NCBI GenBank assembly: GCA_964106645.2
Contig: OZ067043.1
Length of the DNA: 64,000 bases
Strand: one strand, 5' to 3'
Source of the DNA: Podarcis pityusensis
Lineage: Eukaryota
The notes under the pieces were generated by a model, which was not told where the DNA came from, ran no database searches, and saw nothing but the letters and a program-made list of their open reading frames with translations. A program made the translations under genes and the position numbers. Shown in pieces: positions 50,431-62,916 of the stretch; the first letter of the stretch is position 1; the number at the start of each line of letters is the position of its first letter.

Positions 50431-51159
50431 ACATTAAATATTTGAGGCTGTCTGTGGTTTCATATAGGGGTCTTACCTGCAAATGCAGATCTCATTAAAC
50501 GATAGGGAAGCCTTTTTCCACTGGTTAAGGTGGTACTCAAGAGTAGTTTTTTCAAATGACTCTGGCAATTACAAATCACAGTGACTGAACCACTGGCAAA
50601 AGCAGCTAAATCCCCCAGATCATTCTGGATTCTGGTAGGATCCATAAGTGTCTAGGAGTTGACCACTTCAATGGCTCTCAAGGTCCTTGCAGTGTTGATT
50701 ATGTATTCTGGGCTGCTGTCTGCTAGACTTCTCCACAGGCCTTGTGTGGAAGATTCTGGAAAGCATTTCAGGCAAATAACTGAATGGGTGTTAACAGAGA
50801 GCTAAGAAATGGATTGGTTTTTCAAGCCCTCTGCCCTGTGTGGAAACAGCACTTACATTGCTCCAGTCTCTTAGGCTGAGTGAGCCTTGGAGGTCAAGGT
50901 TGAAGAGATTGATAGAGCAGTGAAATGAAGTTTTCCTACTGCTTAGCTTGTTACAAGCAGTGGCCTGAAATCAGATTTCACTTCATAGAAACACATATCT
51001 GCCTCATACTATTGCTGCCTCCAGTAATTTGAATTGACAGTGACTAATATTTGATGTTGAAAGGAAGGCAGAAATGCCAGGGTGTTAGTGGGGAGTTCTG
51101 ATGGTTAACCTGCCCTATCCCTATAGCCCATAGTAGGTGGTAGCAATAATTTAAGCAGT

Positions 51160-51250
51160 GTAATAATAATTTATTATTTATACCCCACCCATCTGGCTGG
51201 GTTTTCCCCGCCACTCTGGACGGCTTCCATCAAAATATTAAAAATACAGT
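51160..51250 (-). mobile_element. L2 3' terminal fragment
   Basis: ttattatttataccccacccatctggctggg...ccactctggacggctt, same family as 6200. Confidence 0.6.
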
Positions 51251-51980
51251 AAAGTAACAGTAATTTAAAATTACGAAAACAGTGAGAGTATCTCTAGGTA
51301 TGCTTAAATTTAGCCATTTAAAGTCTGCTTGAATGCTTCTGAAAAAAATGCTATTTCAAGTATCAGTGAGTCTTGTTGGGAAAGAATTTCCACAGTTTGT
51401 AGGGAGTTATGGAAATCATTTCTGCATGCTATTCAAAGCTTAGCATGTGGCTGACACAAGTAAAGGGAGGTCTTGGTGCACTCTTGGTAAATCTTAAGAA
51501 AGTGACAGAACAGAAGATGAAAGGTGGGCTCTAAGTTCTGTAAATGCTTAAATCACTCAAGAACTAGGATCTTGAATTGCATGCAGAAGATGACAAGGAG
51601 TCAGTAAAGATGTAGCATTGGTGTAATCCACTCTTAACCCACCATTGCAGTAGCTGCATTCTGCACTGACTAGAACATGTCTTATCTCCCTTCCAGTGGA
51701 TACATAGTTATGGCTAGGCCTGGAAGGCCTCTGTTCAAGTTCATCTTCTGCTAGGGATTCATTGCATGGGCGGACAGATTTTTTTCTCAGTTTCCCATAT
51801 GTAAAATGAAAATAATAGTGTCCTGCTTTAACACAGTTGTGAGAGTAAACACAAATTGATTGTAAGGCAATTGACAAACTTTAAATACTATGTACATAAT
51901 CATTCCTAATAATGGTGAGAAGAAATGCATGCTGTGGGATTTTTCCTGGGACAAATTTTCACTGCTGTCTCTTTTTCCAG

Positions 51981-52036
51981 TGGTGGCACGCCTAGTACCC
52001 GAATAACACCAGAATTTTCTAAGTGGGCAAGTGACG
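51981..52036 (+). CDS. RNF220: RNF220 coding exon (GGTPSTRITPEFSKWASD), 56 nt, phase 2/1
   Basis: Acceptor ctttttccag, donor ACG|gtgagt. The peptide matches RNF220. Confidence 0.96.
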
Positions 52037-52852
52037 GTGAGTGTAAGATATATATGTGGCAATCTGTTGTGTTGGCTTGCATAGTGACAATCGGTATTTT
52101 ATGGTGCAGTTTTAGTATTCAGCATATTGGGAGTATTATTATTCCTGTGTGCCCAACACCAGAGATCTGAAGTAGTGTAATAGAGTGGTTACCAGCTTTT
52201 GAGTTTTGATAGGAGAATCCATGCAGCAGTTTAATTTGTGCTCCTGGAGATGGAGACAGGTTATTGCCTCCATTTTCAAATAGAAAAAACTGAAACTATG
52301 GAGTCACCCAGAGAAGATTATGGTGCATTATTTCTATCCCACACTTCTGCTAAATGCCCCCAGAGTGTTCTGGAATATATCCCAAGTCACAAGAAGTTTG
52401 AATATGATTTTCTGGCTTTGAATCCTGTGACTAGCCTGCAATGCATTCTCATTCCTCTTGGTTTGGAGGATGATTTGAGAGACATGAAAGCTTTCCATTT
52501 ATTACCATAATTGTGTTTGAGGTTATTATGCATTCTGAGATAGCAAATCCCGCCCCCTGCTTTTTTGCCTTCTATAGATATGCATGCCAGTGTCACAGTA
52601 TTTGTTTATATTACTAAATGATCAGCCATTAATATCTTTCTCAGAAGCCTTCAGAGGTAAGGTGTATAAGACCTTTTCAGTTCTGGGATTTTAACTTTGA
52701 AATGCCTGCCCAAGAAGGTTCATCTGGCTCTGGGTCTGATGCAATTTCAGTGCCTTTTGAGATAACTTTTTAATTTTCGATGTGTTTTGGTTTTTCACCC
52801 TTTTAATGCAATACTTTTATCTGGCTTCTGTTCATATTCTGCATTTTAGATA

Positions 52853-53949
52853 CCGTACTTTTCTCTCTATAACACGCAGATTTTTTCTCCTAAAAAGTAA
52901 GGGGAAATGTCTGTGCGTGTTACTGAGCGAATGTGTGGTCCCTGGAGCCGACCCTCCCGAGCGCAGGGGCAAAAATCAGGCAAAAATCCAATCGCGCGCG
53001 TCAGGGAGAAGGGAGCTCCGTGAGAGAGGAAGCTGTTGCTTTCCTGCATTCTGCCTCAGGGTCTTACTGCCCACCCTCTTCTGTTTCGGTTGCTGTTTGC
53101 TCAAACGGAACAAAGAGCAGCCAAATCCCCTCCCCTCCAGGCAAGCAGAGGGGAAAGGAAAGGATCGCGTCCTTCCTTCTAATTCCTCTCCATGCTCCGG
53201 TGCTGCTGCGTCCAGGGAAGCATTTTAGGGACTCGCAGGCAGCCGGAAAACATGCAGGTGGGAGAGAGAGAGAGAGGGCTGGCTTGGGTGGGTGTGTGTG
53301 GGAAAACTTTTGCCTTCCTTTCCTCCCTCCCGTTAAATCCCTCTCCTGCATTCTTAGCCAGCTGCTTCTCTGCACACCCCTCTTGTGCTCCTTGTCCCTT
53401 CTGTGTTTTTCCTTCCCTCCCCACTTAAAACGTGGATACAGAGCACGGATCCACATGGATCCTCAGGATCTTTGCATTGAGTTACCCCAAATTCACCATC
53501 AGATCACATAGCATGTCCATGGCTACAGCCTGCACCAAAAAATCACGCACCCACTGTTGCCTGGGGCTGCAATGGTGCAAAAATGTGGTTACAAAGCATG
53601 GATCCACATGGATCCTCAGGATCTTTGCTTTGGGTCACCCCAAATTCACCATCAGATTACATAGCATGTCTATGGCTACAGCCTGCACCAAAAAAATCAC
53701 GCACCCACTGTTGCCTGGGGCCACAATGGTGCAAAAACGTGATTACAAAGCACAGATCCACAGGGATTCTCAGGATTTTTGCACTGGGCTACCCCAAACT
53801 CACCATCAGATCACATGTCTGTGGCCACAGCGTGAGGCACAAAAATGATACATCCACTGTTTCATTCAGAATTTTTCCCCCTTGTTTTCCTCCTCTAAAA
53901 ACGATGTGCGTGTTATGATCAGGTACGTGTTATAGAGCGAAAAATACGG
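52853..53949. mobile_element. Non-autonomous Tc1/mariner-superfamily (pogo/Tc2-like) DNA transposon, ~1.1 kb
   Basis: TA TSD (52851-52852 and 53950-53951). ~26-bp TIRs ccgtacttttctctctataacacgca / tacgtgttatagagcgaaaaatacgg (3 mismatches). No transposase. Confidence 0.9.
53427..53860. repeat. 153-154-bp tandem repeat, ~2.8 copies, inside the DNA transposon
   Basis: Unit containing ggatccacatggatcctcaggatctttgc...caccatcagat recurs at ~53427, ~53580 and ~53734. Confidence 0.92.
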
Positions 53950-55723
53950 TACATGATCTTTATATGAATTGTTTTGTTTTCTTTCTGGTAACTGCATAGA
54001 AGCAGTGGATTGAAGAACAGTATAAAACTTTTCATAAGAAATGTAAAATATTTATTTTAAGGTATAAACAGGGCAGCGTTCATGAAGTCCCACCATTTTT
54101 ATTCTCTCAACCCTGTGAGATAGTTCGGTTTTTGAGAGAAATTGCACTTCTAGGAGCTTGATGACTAGGGTGTCCATAGTCCAAATCCCACTCACTCTCT
54201 CTGATATTGCCTCTTGGTTGCTATAACTATTGACAAGTGACATTTACATACAGGTTAGAAAAAAGATGGGGTGCTAATAGAAAGTATGGCTGGAAGTTCC
54301 CAGGCAGGATGTATTGATGGGGGGGAGAATTCTGCATTTGGAGTAGAGGGATATTTTAAATAAGTTTGGCGATCATTATCTTCTGGGGGTTTTTTCTGTG
54401 TGATTCCACATTCTTGTTTGTGATTTCACACCATTTTCTTTATCCATGGTATTAAAAAATAAAATATTATCACTATGGAAATTAGCTCAGGAATTGGGAC
54501 AATACTGTGCAAGTAGAGTTCAATTCAAGTTAAACTCCTGAGAAGTTCCAATGCTAGCTGTCCTGCAATGATTTTGATTTATTATATTTCTGTGCTGCTT
54601 TTCATTCAAATGAATCCCAAAGCAGCTTACAAACAATAAATAACAGCAACATAGTAGAACATAATGGAACATCACAAATACAGCATAAATCATATAGAAT
54701 AATTAACAAATAATCAATGAAGCAATTATAATAAAAAATAAGCTAAACATCACAGTTAAAGCAAAAGTCATAATATATGATTAAAAATTAATACAGAATT
54801 TATAATCTGTAAAACAATAACATTAACAAAATAGCAACCCCCAAAAATAAACTAGGCACTGTTAAGTTTAAACACACACTCTCCACAACCTCATGACTTT
54901 CACGCTATTCAGCACATTAAAATACACCTACACATAATGCCCCTGGCAGCAACTCCTTTCTGAAGGTTCCTCAGGATGGAAGTGAGGCAGCAGCTGCACC
55001 TGTAGAGCAAAACCAGCTGCCCCCTGATGGCAAACAGTCTCTCTCTTCTCACAATTCTTCCTCTGGAAACAGTGCTCCTCCCCTCATGATTTCAAAAGGC
55101 TTGTGAGAAAATTCTCAGCCTCTTCTGACCACAGAAATGGCGTTACTTTGATTCCTATGTGTGGGTAAACCTGTCTGGCTTGTAAACACATGTTTCTTCC
55201 AGAAAACCCCTTGAATAGAAAACCTCTAGAATCCTAACTGCAATTCACAGCATTGACAAAGAACAAATTGCACATACAGCCATTTACCAAATCGATTTCA
55301 TGAGAATTGCTCAAGGAAGTTGAAGTGGATCCTTTGTGTCTAACTGGTTTGAAAACTGCTCGTAATTCCGAGTGCTTCGGTTTTGGGTGAACAGTTGCCA
55401 ATGTAAAGCAGGAAATTGATGGATTGCTGCAATTTGTCATAATTTGGCATCCCAGCCTCATTATTTGCTTTGAGTAATCCATGGCCCTATCAGTTCCAGA
55501 ACTACTTTGTGGGCTATGAGTTCTGCAGGTCTGCCATACTTGGCAAGTCATGAATGCGTCTTGAGTGATACAACAGTACTTGTCACTTGGACACTCCAGC
55601 ATGTTATTGGTAGTTTCTTCTTGGGAACCAGCACTAGAACAATTCACCAACAATTGGGTTTCTCTGACTTTTTGTGAATAAACATTTCCCTTCACTGATC
55701 TGGGCTCTTCCTTACTTTTGCAG

Positions 55724-55802
55724 AAATGCCATCAACGAGTAACGGAGAGAGCAGTAAACAGGAGCCTATGCAAAAGACCTGCAAGAATAGTGACATAGAA
55801 AA
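55724..55802 (+). CDS. RNF220: RNF220 coding exon (MPSTSNGESSKQEPMQKTCKNSDIE), 79 nt, phase 1/2
   Basis: Acceptor cttttgcag, donor AAA|gtgagt. The peptide matches RNF220. I did not find the next (ITEDSAV../RING) exons before 64000. Confidence 0.95.
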
Positions 55803-56694
55803 GTGAGTATGGCTCAGGAATGTCTGTCTTTGTTAGGGATGGCAAAAAAGACTGCCAGGAGCTTTCTATCAAAGGGGCATCACTGTAGCACTGACATGCT
55901 GCTTATGGCTTTCCTTGTGTAGTTCCCACATGTTTCTCATGCGAAACATATCCAGCTTTTAAACTCACACACAGTATTTATCTCTCCCCTAGCTGAATGT
56001 CAGATAGGTTTCCCCCCAATTTTTGCTTGTTTTTCATTCTTCATAGGAATTCCCCATCTGTAGGATGGAGGAAAATCCATTTTGTTTGTTGACTCTAAAA
56101 GTGAAAGGATGATTTTATATTTCATTTCTAAGTCCCTATTGTAGTTTCTACAGCTTTAGAGGGATGATGGCAAATCTTCCCCTTGTGTTAAATTCTCAAC
56201 AGTATCAAAGTGCTGCCCTTTTCCTTCCCTTGGGATGTGTTATTTTTCAGAAGCTTTACTTGATATGGCCTGCCTCTGGAAAAGAATAAGATTATCTTAA
56301 CCTTCATTTCCATTGGGGATGAGTCACGTGGGACTGGATCTTTTGCTTCACCAAAGTGCAGGGGCAAGCCTAAGGATGATACATGATGTTGCACTGTCTC
56401 CTTGCAGCAAGGCAATGCTATGTGCAGTAATATCCTATGTCATTTTTGTATGCTCCTAATTAGCAGAGACAAAATTGAAGTCTTAAGCATAGAAATAGGC
56501 TAAGGTCATGAGAACAAAAATATGAGACTATAGATGCAAGTTCCTTAGACTGCACCATGTTTCCGATGTCCCACAGTGCATACAGGATTATTAGCCAGTG
56601 ATTTGTGTGAACAAGCCCAAAGTCTCAGGGCAATTATCTACCAGAACAAGGTGCTGGGGGGTCGAGTTGAATTCTCTGTTATTGTAGTCCAAAG

Positions 56695-56833
56695 CAGAGA
56701 TGGGTATCCTGAGACCCTCCAAATGTTATTTTACTCCTAACTCCCATCACTTCCACCTGGGGTGGCAAATGGTCAGGGATGATGGAAGTTGTAGTCCCAG
56801 AGCATCTGGTGAGATATTGGTTCCCTATGTCTG
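56695..56833. mobile_element. hAT-like MITE (same family as 782-917)
   Basis: ccctccaaatgtt...aactcccatca...ggtcagggatgatggaagttgtagtcc...ggttccctatgtctg. Confidence 0.6.
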
Positions 56834-59477
56834 CTCTTCTAGATTAACACTCTAGATTGGGCTACAATTTTAAATGAAATGCAGAAGGAAATATATTGCC
56901 TGCCTCAGCCTCCTGCATTTGTGTGCCTAGGAATTAAAAGCTAGGATTATAGGCTGTTCAGGACGTTGGAGGCAGAAATCAAGAGAGGGGTGAAAGGAGA
57001 ATTTCATGATTTGATTAGGCATGAATGTTAGTTGCCAATGCATGCCAGCTTCCTTTGCAGGGATTTTAGCTGCTTGTTGCCATTTTTTCACCTATCGCTT
57101 AGCCATCTTTTGATACTGCCTTCCATTTAGGAGACAGGAGAATTCAGTCTTCTTCAGCAGTCTGTGTCAATAGCATTAGTTACCAACACTTATCCCCCTT
57201 GGATCCTGGCCTCCCAAGCAGAGGTTTGACATTTTCCAGAACGATCAGTTGATGTCATCTTGATCAGATAATTTTAAAAGCTTTATTCAGTGTCTCTTGG
57301 CAGACCCCACATTCTTTCCAAGGTGGTGCATGCTATAATTCGGAGTTGTAAAGTATGGCACCCTCCTCTTTGTGACAAGTTAGGACCCCTTGTAGAGAGC
57401 ACTGAAAACTTCCTGACTTCAGAAGTCAAAAATTACACTTGGATACTCAGCCCGCTACTTTTCTTAAGAAGGTAAAAACCAAATGCCATTTATTGCACTT
57501 TACAGCAATTTCTTGGTTCATGAGAAATCCCTTGTGGTAAAGGGTTACTGTTTTTTAGTTAGAGACTTAAGTTCCAAAGGGAACAGAAAACAAAATGTTT
57601 AGAAGCAAAGGTTCCAGCTGTGCTCTCCCTGCTCCTCCGGGAGTTGTGTGTGATAAATAGTTTGTGTTGTGATGGTTAAGGAGCTAGAATGTTGTGTGCG
57701 AAGGGGTGGGCTCTGTTAAATTAATTGATAAGTGGGATCAGACCTTGGGGCTTGCAGAAAGGAAGGTGTTCTTTTATTCTTACTGTCTGGCTGCTTTCAC
57801 CTGCACTGCCAAGCCATGATGTATGGTGACCCAGTCCAGCTAGCTAAATTGATTCATCTCCAGTTCCTGCTTCTTAATCTAGAGCTAAATTGGTTTCATT
57901 TTTCTTGTTTTGGGTGGTGATTGTGGTGAGCTCTCCATGGGATCACTTCCTTCTGTTCATAACTTTAATTTTTGCTTTTAAATCTGGGCATTATTGATTA
58001 GTGTGTTAAGCTCCATGTAATGTCTGATTAGCATTTTAAAAAGTGTTTAGAAGCACATGGTTTATCACCTGTGTCAGCTGGGCTGTCCATTTAGAACAAT
58101 GGTTAATGGAGTTAGCAGTGATTCTCTTTATTGATCCTACTTTTATAAGAATGACATTCATTTTCTCTTCCCTTTCCAAAACAAAGTCTAGGCATGGAGC
58201 GTATATTTTTAATTAGCTAATACAATACAGTAAACTGTCCTTGTTTGGGCGCAGAGCTAATGTACTTGGGTTGAAAGTTAATGGAATGTGTGCTTCAGGC
58301 TGCTTGTAGCTGAATCACTTGCATGCCAAGCAACTTACCTCGGTTCAAGAGAAATGTATTTGCTGATGGATTCTTCTTTGTATCTCATTCATCTCATTTT
58401 TTGTTTGAATTTGATATGAAAGCTGCTATTGGCTCAGATCAGTCAAAATGGAAAATTGTGATTTGTTGTTGCATCTGAACTGGGTCGCTATGACAAGAAA
58501 AAAATAAAGATTTCTCTCTTTTTTCCCCTTTAACTGCATGTGATGATTTCTATATGTAATATAATGTAATATATTTTTAGTTGGTTTTTTTTAATGAGGA
58601 TATTGCTTATATCTGATGGTTCTAGTCTAGAAGATACTAAATAGAGCAGCGTGGGATGAAATGCTCAGCTGTAGAAAAACCATGTGGGGTTCAGCTTTGG
58701 TTGTGTTGGTTGATGTTCAAACTGGTTTTTCTAGTCTTCAGTGCTTGAGCGTGTATTCAGAAGTGATAGAATAACAGGGCTAGAAAGGGTTTACTGAGCT
58801 GTACAGCCAGCACAGGCATGCAACAAGAGCATCTGGCATAGGTTTTGCTAAGCTTAAAACAAGAACCTTTCAGTGCCTGGGCTCCACCTTGGCTCCTGAA
58901 CAACATGCAACCTGGGACTCAATATTCTATCTTGTGTGCTTTTTAAACTATATTTATTTTATTGTTTAATATGTTTCATAGATCTTTAATTCCCCTTTTA
59001 AGAATAATCTCTTCACAAAGCACCAAACATTTTATACATAAGCCACCTATATCCACCTCTCAGTCGCCTTATTTTTCTCCATCTCTTCTTTACATCAGTC
59101 TTTCTTCTGTAGTCACAGAGAATCTATTACATGCTGCTAGACCTTGCTGTACAGATGCAAGTGTGGCTTAGCCATCTGGACGGGCAACCAAGCCTCAGCT
59201 AGGGAATGCAAGAGTTAAGGAGAGTCTAGTTAGCCATCCTGACAATAGTTATTCTGTACTCAGGAAATCCAGCAGGCAGTCTAGTCAGTCAGTAATGACT
59301 GCAAACTAGTCCAGCAAGTCAGAAGCAGAATGCTGTAGCAGCAACTGCTTTTCTTGACAGGCAGATGCTCAAATTATTGTGAATAGCTGAACCTTGTAGT
59401 AAGGCAAGTGTTTTGCCTCCTTTGTTAATTCCTGTGGGACTGCTTTGTGAGGGATTTGGGTATTGGTGGACTGAAAG

Positions 59478-59790
59478 GGCTGTCACATGGAAGATGGGGC
59501 AAGTTTGTTGTCTCCTGCTCCAGATGGTAGGACCCAAACCAACAGATTCAAGTTATGGTAAAGGAGATTCCAACTAAACATCAGTAAGTACTTTGTGATG
59601 GTAAGAGCTGTTTGACAGTGGAACAGACTCCCTCAGAAAGTGGTGGACTCTCCTTCCTTGGAGGTTTTTAAGAAGAGGTTGGATGGCCATCTGTCATGGG
59701 TGCTTTAATTGAGATTCTTGCATTGTAGGGGGTTGAACTAGATGACCCTCAGATTCCCTTCCAACTCTACAATTATATGGTTCTATGATT
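59478..59790 (+). mobile_element. CR1 LINE 3' end
   Basis: ORF2 C-terminal pattern (TVRAV.QWNRLPQKVVDSPSLEVFKKRLDGHL) and tail cccttccaactctacaattatatggttctatgatt. Confidence 0.9.
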
Positions 59791-60314
59791 TAAGTTAAGA
59801 GGCTAGTAGGGAACATTTCTTGGGGGCCTTGTGAATGCACATAGAGGTTGTGTGGAAGAACTCCACAGGGAGTCTGTGTCTGCAAAGGAGCTAATTCCTC
59901 TGAGCATTCATCCTGAACTAATCTGGCAAAGTTGATAATAATGGATGAAAGCTTTTTGACCCATAATCCTGCCATATACTTTGTAAACAGGGTCTCATCC
60001 GTCCTCAAACAGTTTCCCCCCATCTATTCTTGCCACTGGAAAAATTGTCCCAATTCATTGGCATATGAAACTTTGAGACCATAAAGTAGCACAGAGGTAA
60101 AATGAAGCAGCTGCAAGCCACCAGCTTTCCTGCTGTTTTTTCTTCCAAACAGCTCTCCCAGTCTTTTTCGGTGTTTCTCTGTCATTCCACAACAGTATCC
60201 ACCATCACCTTTCCATCCAAGCTTTCTCTATAGCCTCTCCATTCATTCCTAGGCCAACATGCTTCTCTTTCCTCCCACTATTCCAACTCCCATCCATCTC
60301 ATTTTTAATATGGG

Positions 60315-60435
60315 ATGCTTCCTTCTACTGAGTCAGGCATCCATCTAGCTCAGCCAGCAACCCTAGGGCTTTGGACTGAATGCCAGGGGTTGAACCTGGG
60401 ATATTTTGCTTGCAAAACATGTGCTTCACCAATAT
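60315..60435 (-). mobile_element. Degenerate Squam2-like SINE
   Basis: Reverse-complement similarity to 62718-62916 (gccaggggttgaacctggg...tgcaaaacatgtgct). Confidence 0.5.
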
Positions 60436-62462
60436 ATGATTGGAGGGGGATGGAGCAGGAGAAAGCCTTTTGGGATTGTTTGGGCCTGCAGTTTCTGAAA
60501 AATAAACTACTCGAGAGCTATTAGTGGCTCTTGAACTTTAGCTTGGGATCCCTGCCCTAAGCCTTTCCTCTTGGAGTCTAACGCCAATGCATCTTATTCT
60601 GCCATCAGAATCAATTCCTACCTAGGAACAATTCTGCTGCTCCTCCTCTACAACAGCTTTTAAATTAGTTTAAGACTTGATGTCATGTTTTCCTTCTTTC
60701 GGTAGTATCTGCTTAGATCAGCCAACCTTTTCTGTCATTTCGGCCCTCCCTCCTGCATTGCTGTTCCCTGAATCTTAGGAGTGGTGCTAAGACTAGCCCA
60801 CCTGTGGGTAGGCTGCAAACTCGGCAACGGCTCGTTTTCTCCTCCCTGAAGATGCGAGCCACGTTGCCTGGTGCCATCTTGAAATCAAGGCTTCCTGGGG
60901 TTAAGAAGCCAGCCTCTTAATTCAGAGTGCCAATGTTCAATTTTGCTTTCTGCCACCAAACTAGATTGCAGGCCAAGGAAAGAGTCTGGGTTAGTGCCCC
61001 ACTGGGTCACCTCCCATTTGTTTTCCTCAATTTTGTGTTGTCATAAATTCATTCCAGCCCGTTGTGCTTGATCAGTTTATCTCTGTTGGGGCAGGGAGCC
61101 CTGCTAGCATGATATATGACATGAAACATTGTAGCCAGCCTCTCCATGAATCACTCCAGCTGTTTGTTGTCAGCATGAAAAGCAAACAGGCCAGGGCTGC
61201 CGAGTGTTGACTAGGATGAGCTCAGGTTGGGAAGAGACATGACGTATGAATGTTTATTTAATAATTCTCTAATATTTCCAGCGGAGTGTGGCTGTGCCTT
61301 CTGAGGTTGGGGGGGGGGAGGGGGGCGGTTGAAGAGGAAACTCTAATCTGTCAGGGTGGGTCATAAATCAGGCAGACAAGATCATTAATCAGGAATGGAG
61401 CAAAACTAAAGGGAGGTGGGACTCGGCTGCCGTTCCCAAGAGCAAAGGGGCACGCTCTTCTTTTCCATAAAACAAATCTCATTTTGGATGCGGCTCCGGC
61501 TGTGTCGCTTACATAAGAGCAAAGCCAGGGCACTGGGCCAGTTAAGCAAGCGTGTGTGCTACCTTTGTCATAAGCCTTGGCAATTTGAGCTCGCCAAGCA
61601 TTAAATCCCTTTATAATTATCTTCTTTATATAACTCTTCATGCTCCTCATGGTTGATTGGGCAAGGTGCTTGTTTGGTTTAGAAGAGGGTTTTAAAAAAG
61701 GGAGGTCAGTGTGTGTGTGTACACTCACGTGACAATCTTCTTCTTTCTTTCTTTTTTACTCAAATCCATTTTCTCGAATCCACTCCAAAAGTTAAGCTTT
61801 GGCATATTATCCTACAAGAATAGAAATGGTGTTCCAGAATTTGGCTCCTGAGATAAAACCAACTTTCTGGCTTTCATAGTCTGACAATTGCAGAAGCTAA
61901 CTTCCTATGACATTGTTTAAAAACAAAACCCCATTTCTAGCTTTTGAGGATATGAAAAATGTTGCAGGTGATATCTGTCTACTCAGGTGCTGATGAGGAC
62001 CTAGGGCTCCCATTCTGTCAGTAGAGGGAGCTGAGCCATTCATAGAATTGTAGAATTCAGTGGAGAAATTGGGTTTTCTCCACTGAAATGATGGGGAAAT
62101 TGTTCCAGGCAGGGGTGCAGCTATAGAGGAACGTTAGCCTGAAGAACAGATGATTGATTTAATGTATGTGGCAGAAATGAGAGAAGTTCCCGCTGTGGAA
62201 GAATAAGAGTGGGAAAGTCCCTGCCCTCTTTTCAAACTGTTCTGTAGCTTAAAGACCACCTCATTCCTTCTGTTGCACACTTTATACCATATTTCCAGAT
62301 ATTGCCTTCTCTGTTTGCTAATATTATAGTCCCTTGCCAGATTTCAGCAAAATTCTGTTCTCAGGAAATATCCAAATAGGACAAATGGAATAAATTGTAT
62401 ACAGCTAAACAGATGTATACAATTGTAATTATTTTGTCTCAATATAAAACTTTGGCTATTTT

Positions 62463-62564
62463 GACCAAACTGCGGGAGGCAGTGGAAGACAGGAGTGCCT
62501 GGCGTGCTCTGGTTCATGGGCTCACGAAAAGTCAGACACGACTAAACAACTAAACAACAACAAC
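62463..62564 (+). mobile_element. RTE/BovB LINE 3' end
   Basis: aaactgcgggaggcagtggaagacaggagtgcctggcgtgctctggttcatgggctcacgaaaagtcagacacgactaaac followed by a (CAA)n tail. Confidence 0.85.
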
Positions 62565-62717
62565 GTGTTCATTTAAATTATGGATGTGGGGGATGGGGTG
62601 AGGCAAACTATTTAAAGGGACTATTACTATTTAAGACACAGCCACTGGAGCATGGCAGATGCTGCCAAGTGTGCCTTAGAAAGCCATAGAGTTAATGCAG
62701 ATTTTTAAGAGAACTCT

Positions 62718-62916
62718 GGGGATGGGGCCATGCCTCAGTGGAAGAGCATCTGCTTTGCATGTAGAAGGTCCTTGGTTCAGTCCCCGGCATCTCCAGATAG
62801 GTCTGGGAGTAGCCCGTTTGAAACCCTGCAGAACTGCTGCCAATCAATGTAGGCAGTCCTGAGCTAGACGGGCCAATGGTCTGACTCTTTATAAGGCAGC
62901 TTCCTGTGCTTCCTAC
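62718..62916 (+). mobile_element. tRNA-derived SINE (Squam2-like) with CR1-like tail
   Basis: tRNA-like head (tcagtggaagagcatctgctttgcatg...ggttcagtcccc) and tail gagctagacgggccaatggtctgactc...aaggcagcttcct. Confidence 0.8.

Noticed and set aside
53427-53860. Regularly spaced repeats suggestive of a CRISPR array
   Set aside because: Eukaryotic DNA, and the whole unit repeats with no unique spacers.
52782-53918. Cluster of long overlapping ORFs (up to 192 aa) with repeated peptide motifs
   Set aside because: They lie almost entirely within the TA-flanked MITE and its tandem repeat, with no transposase motifs or splice support.
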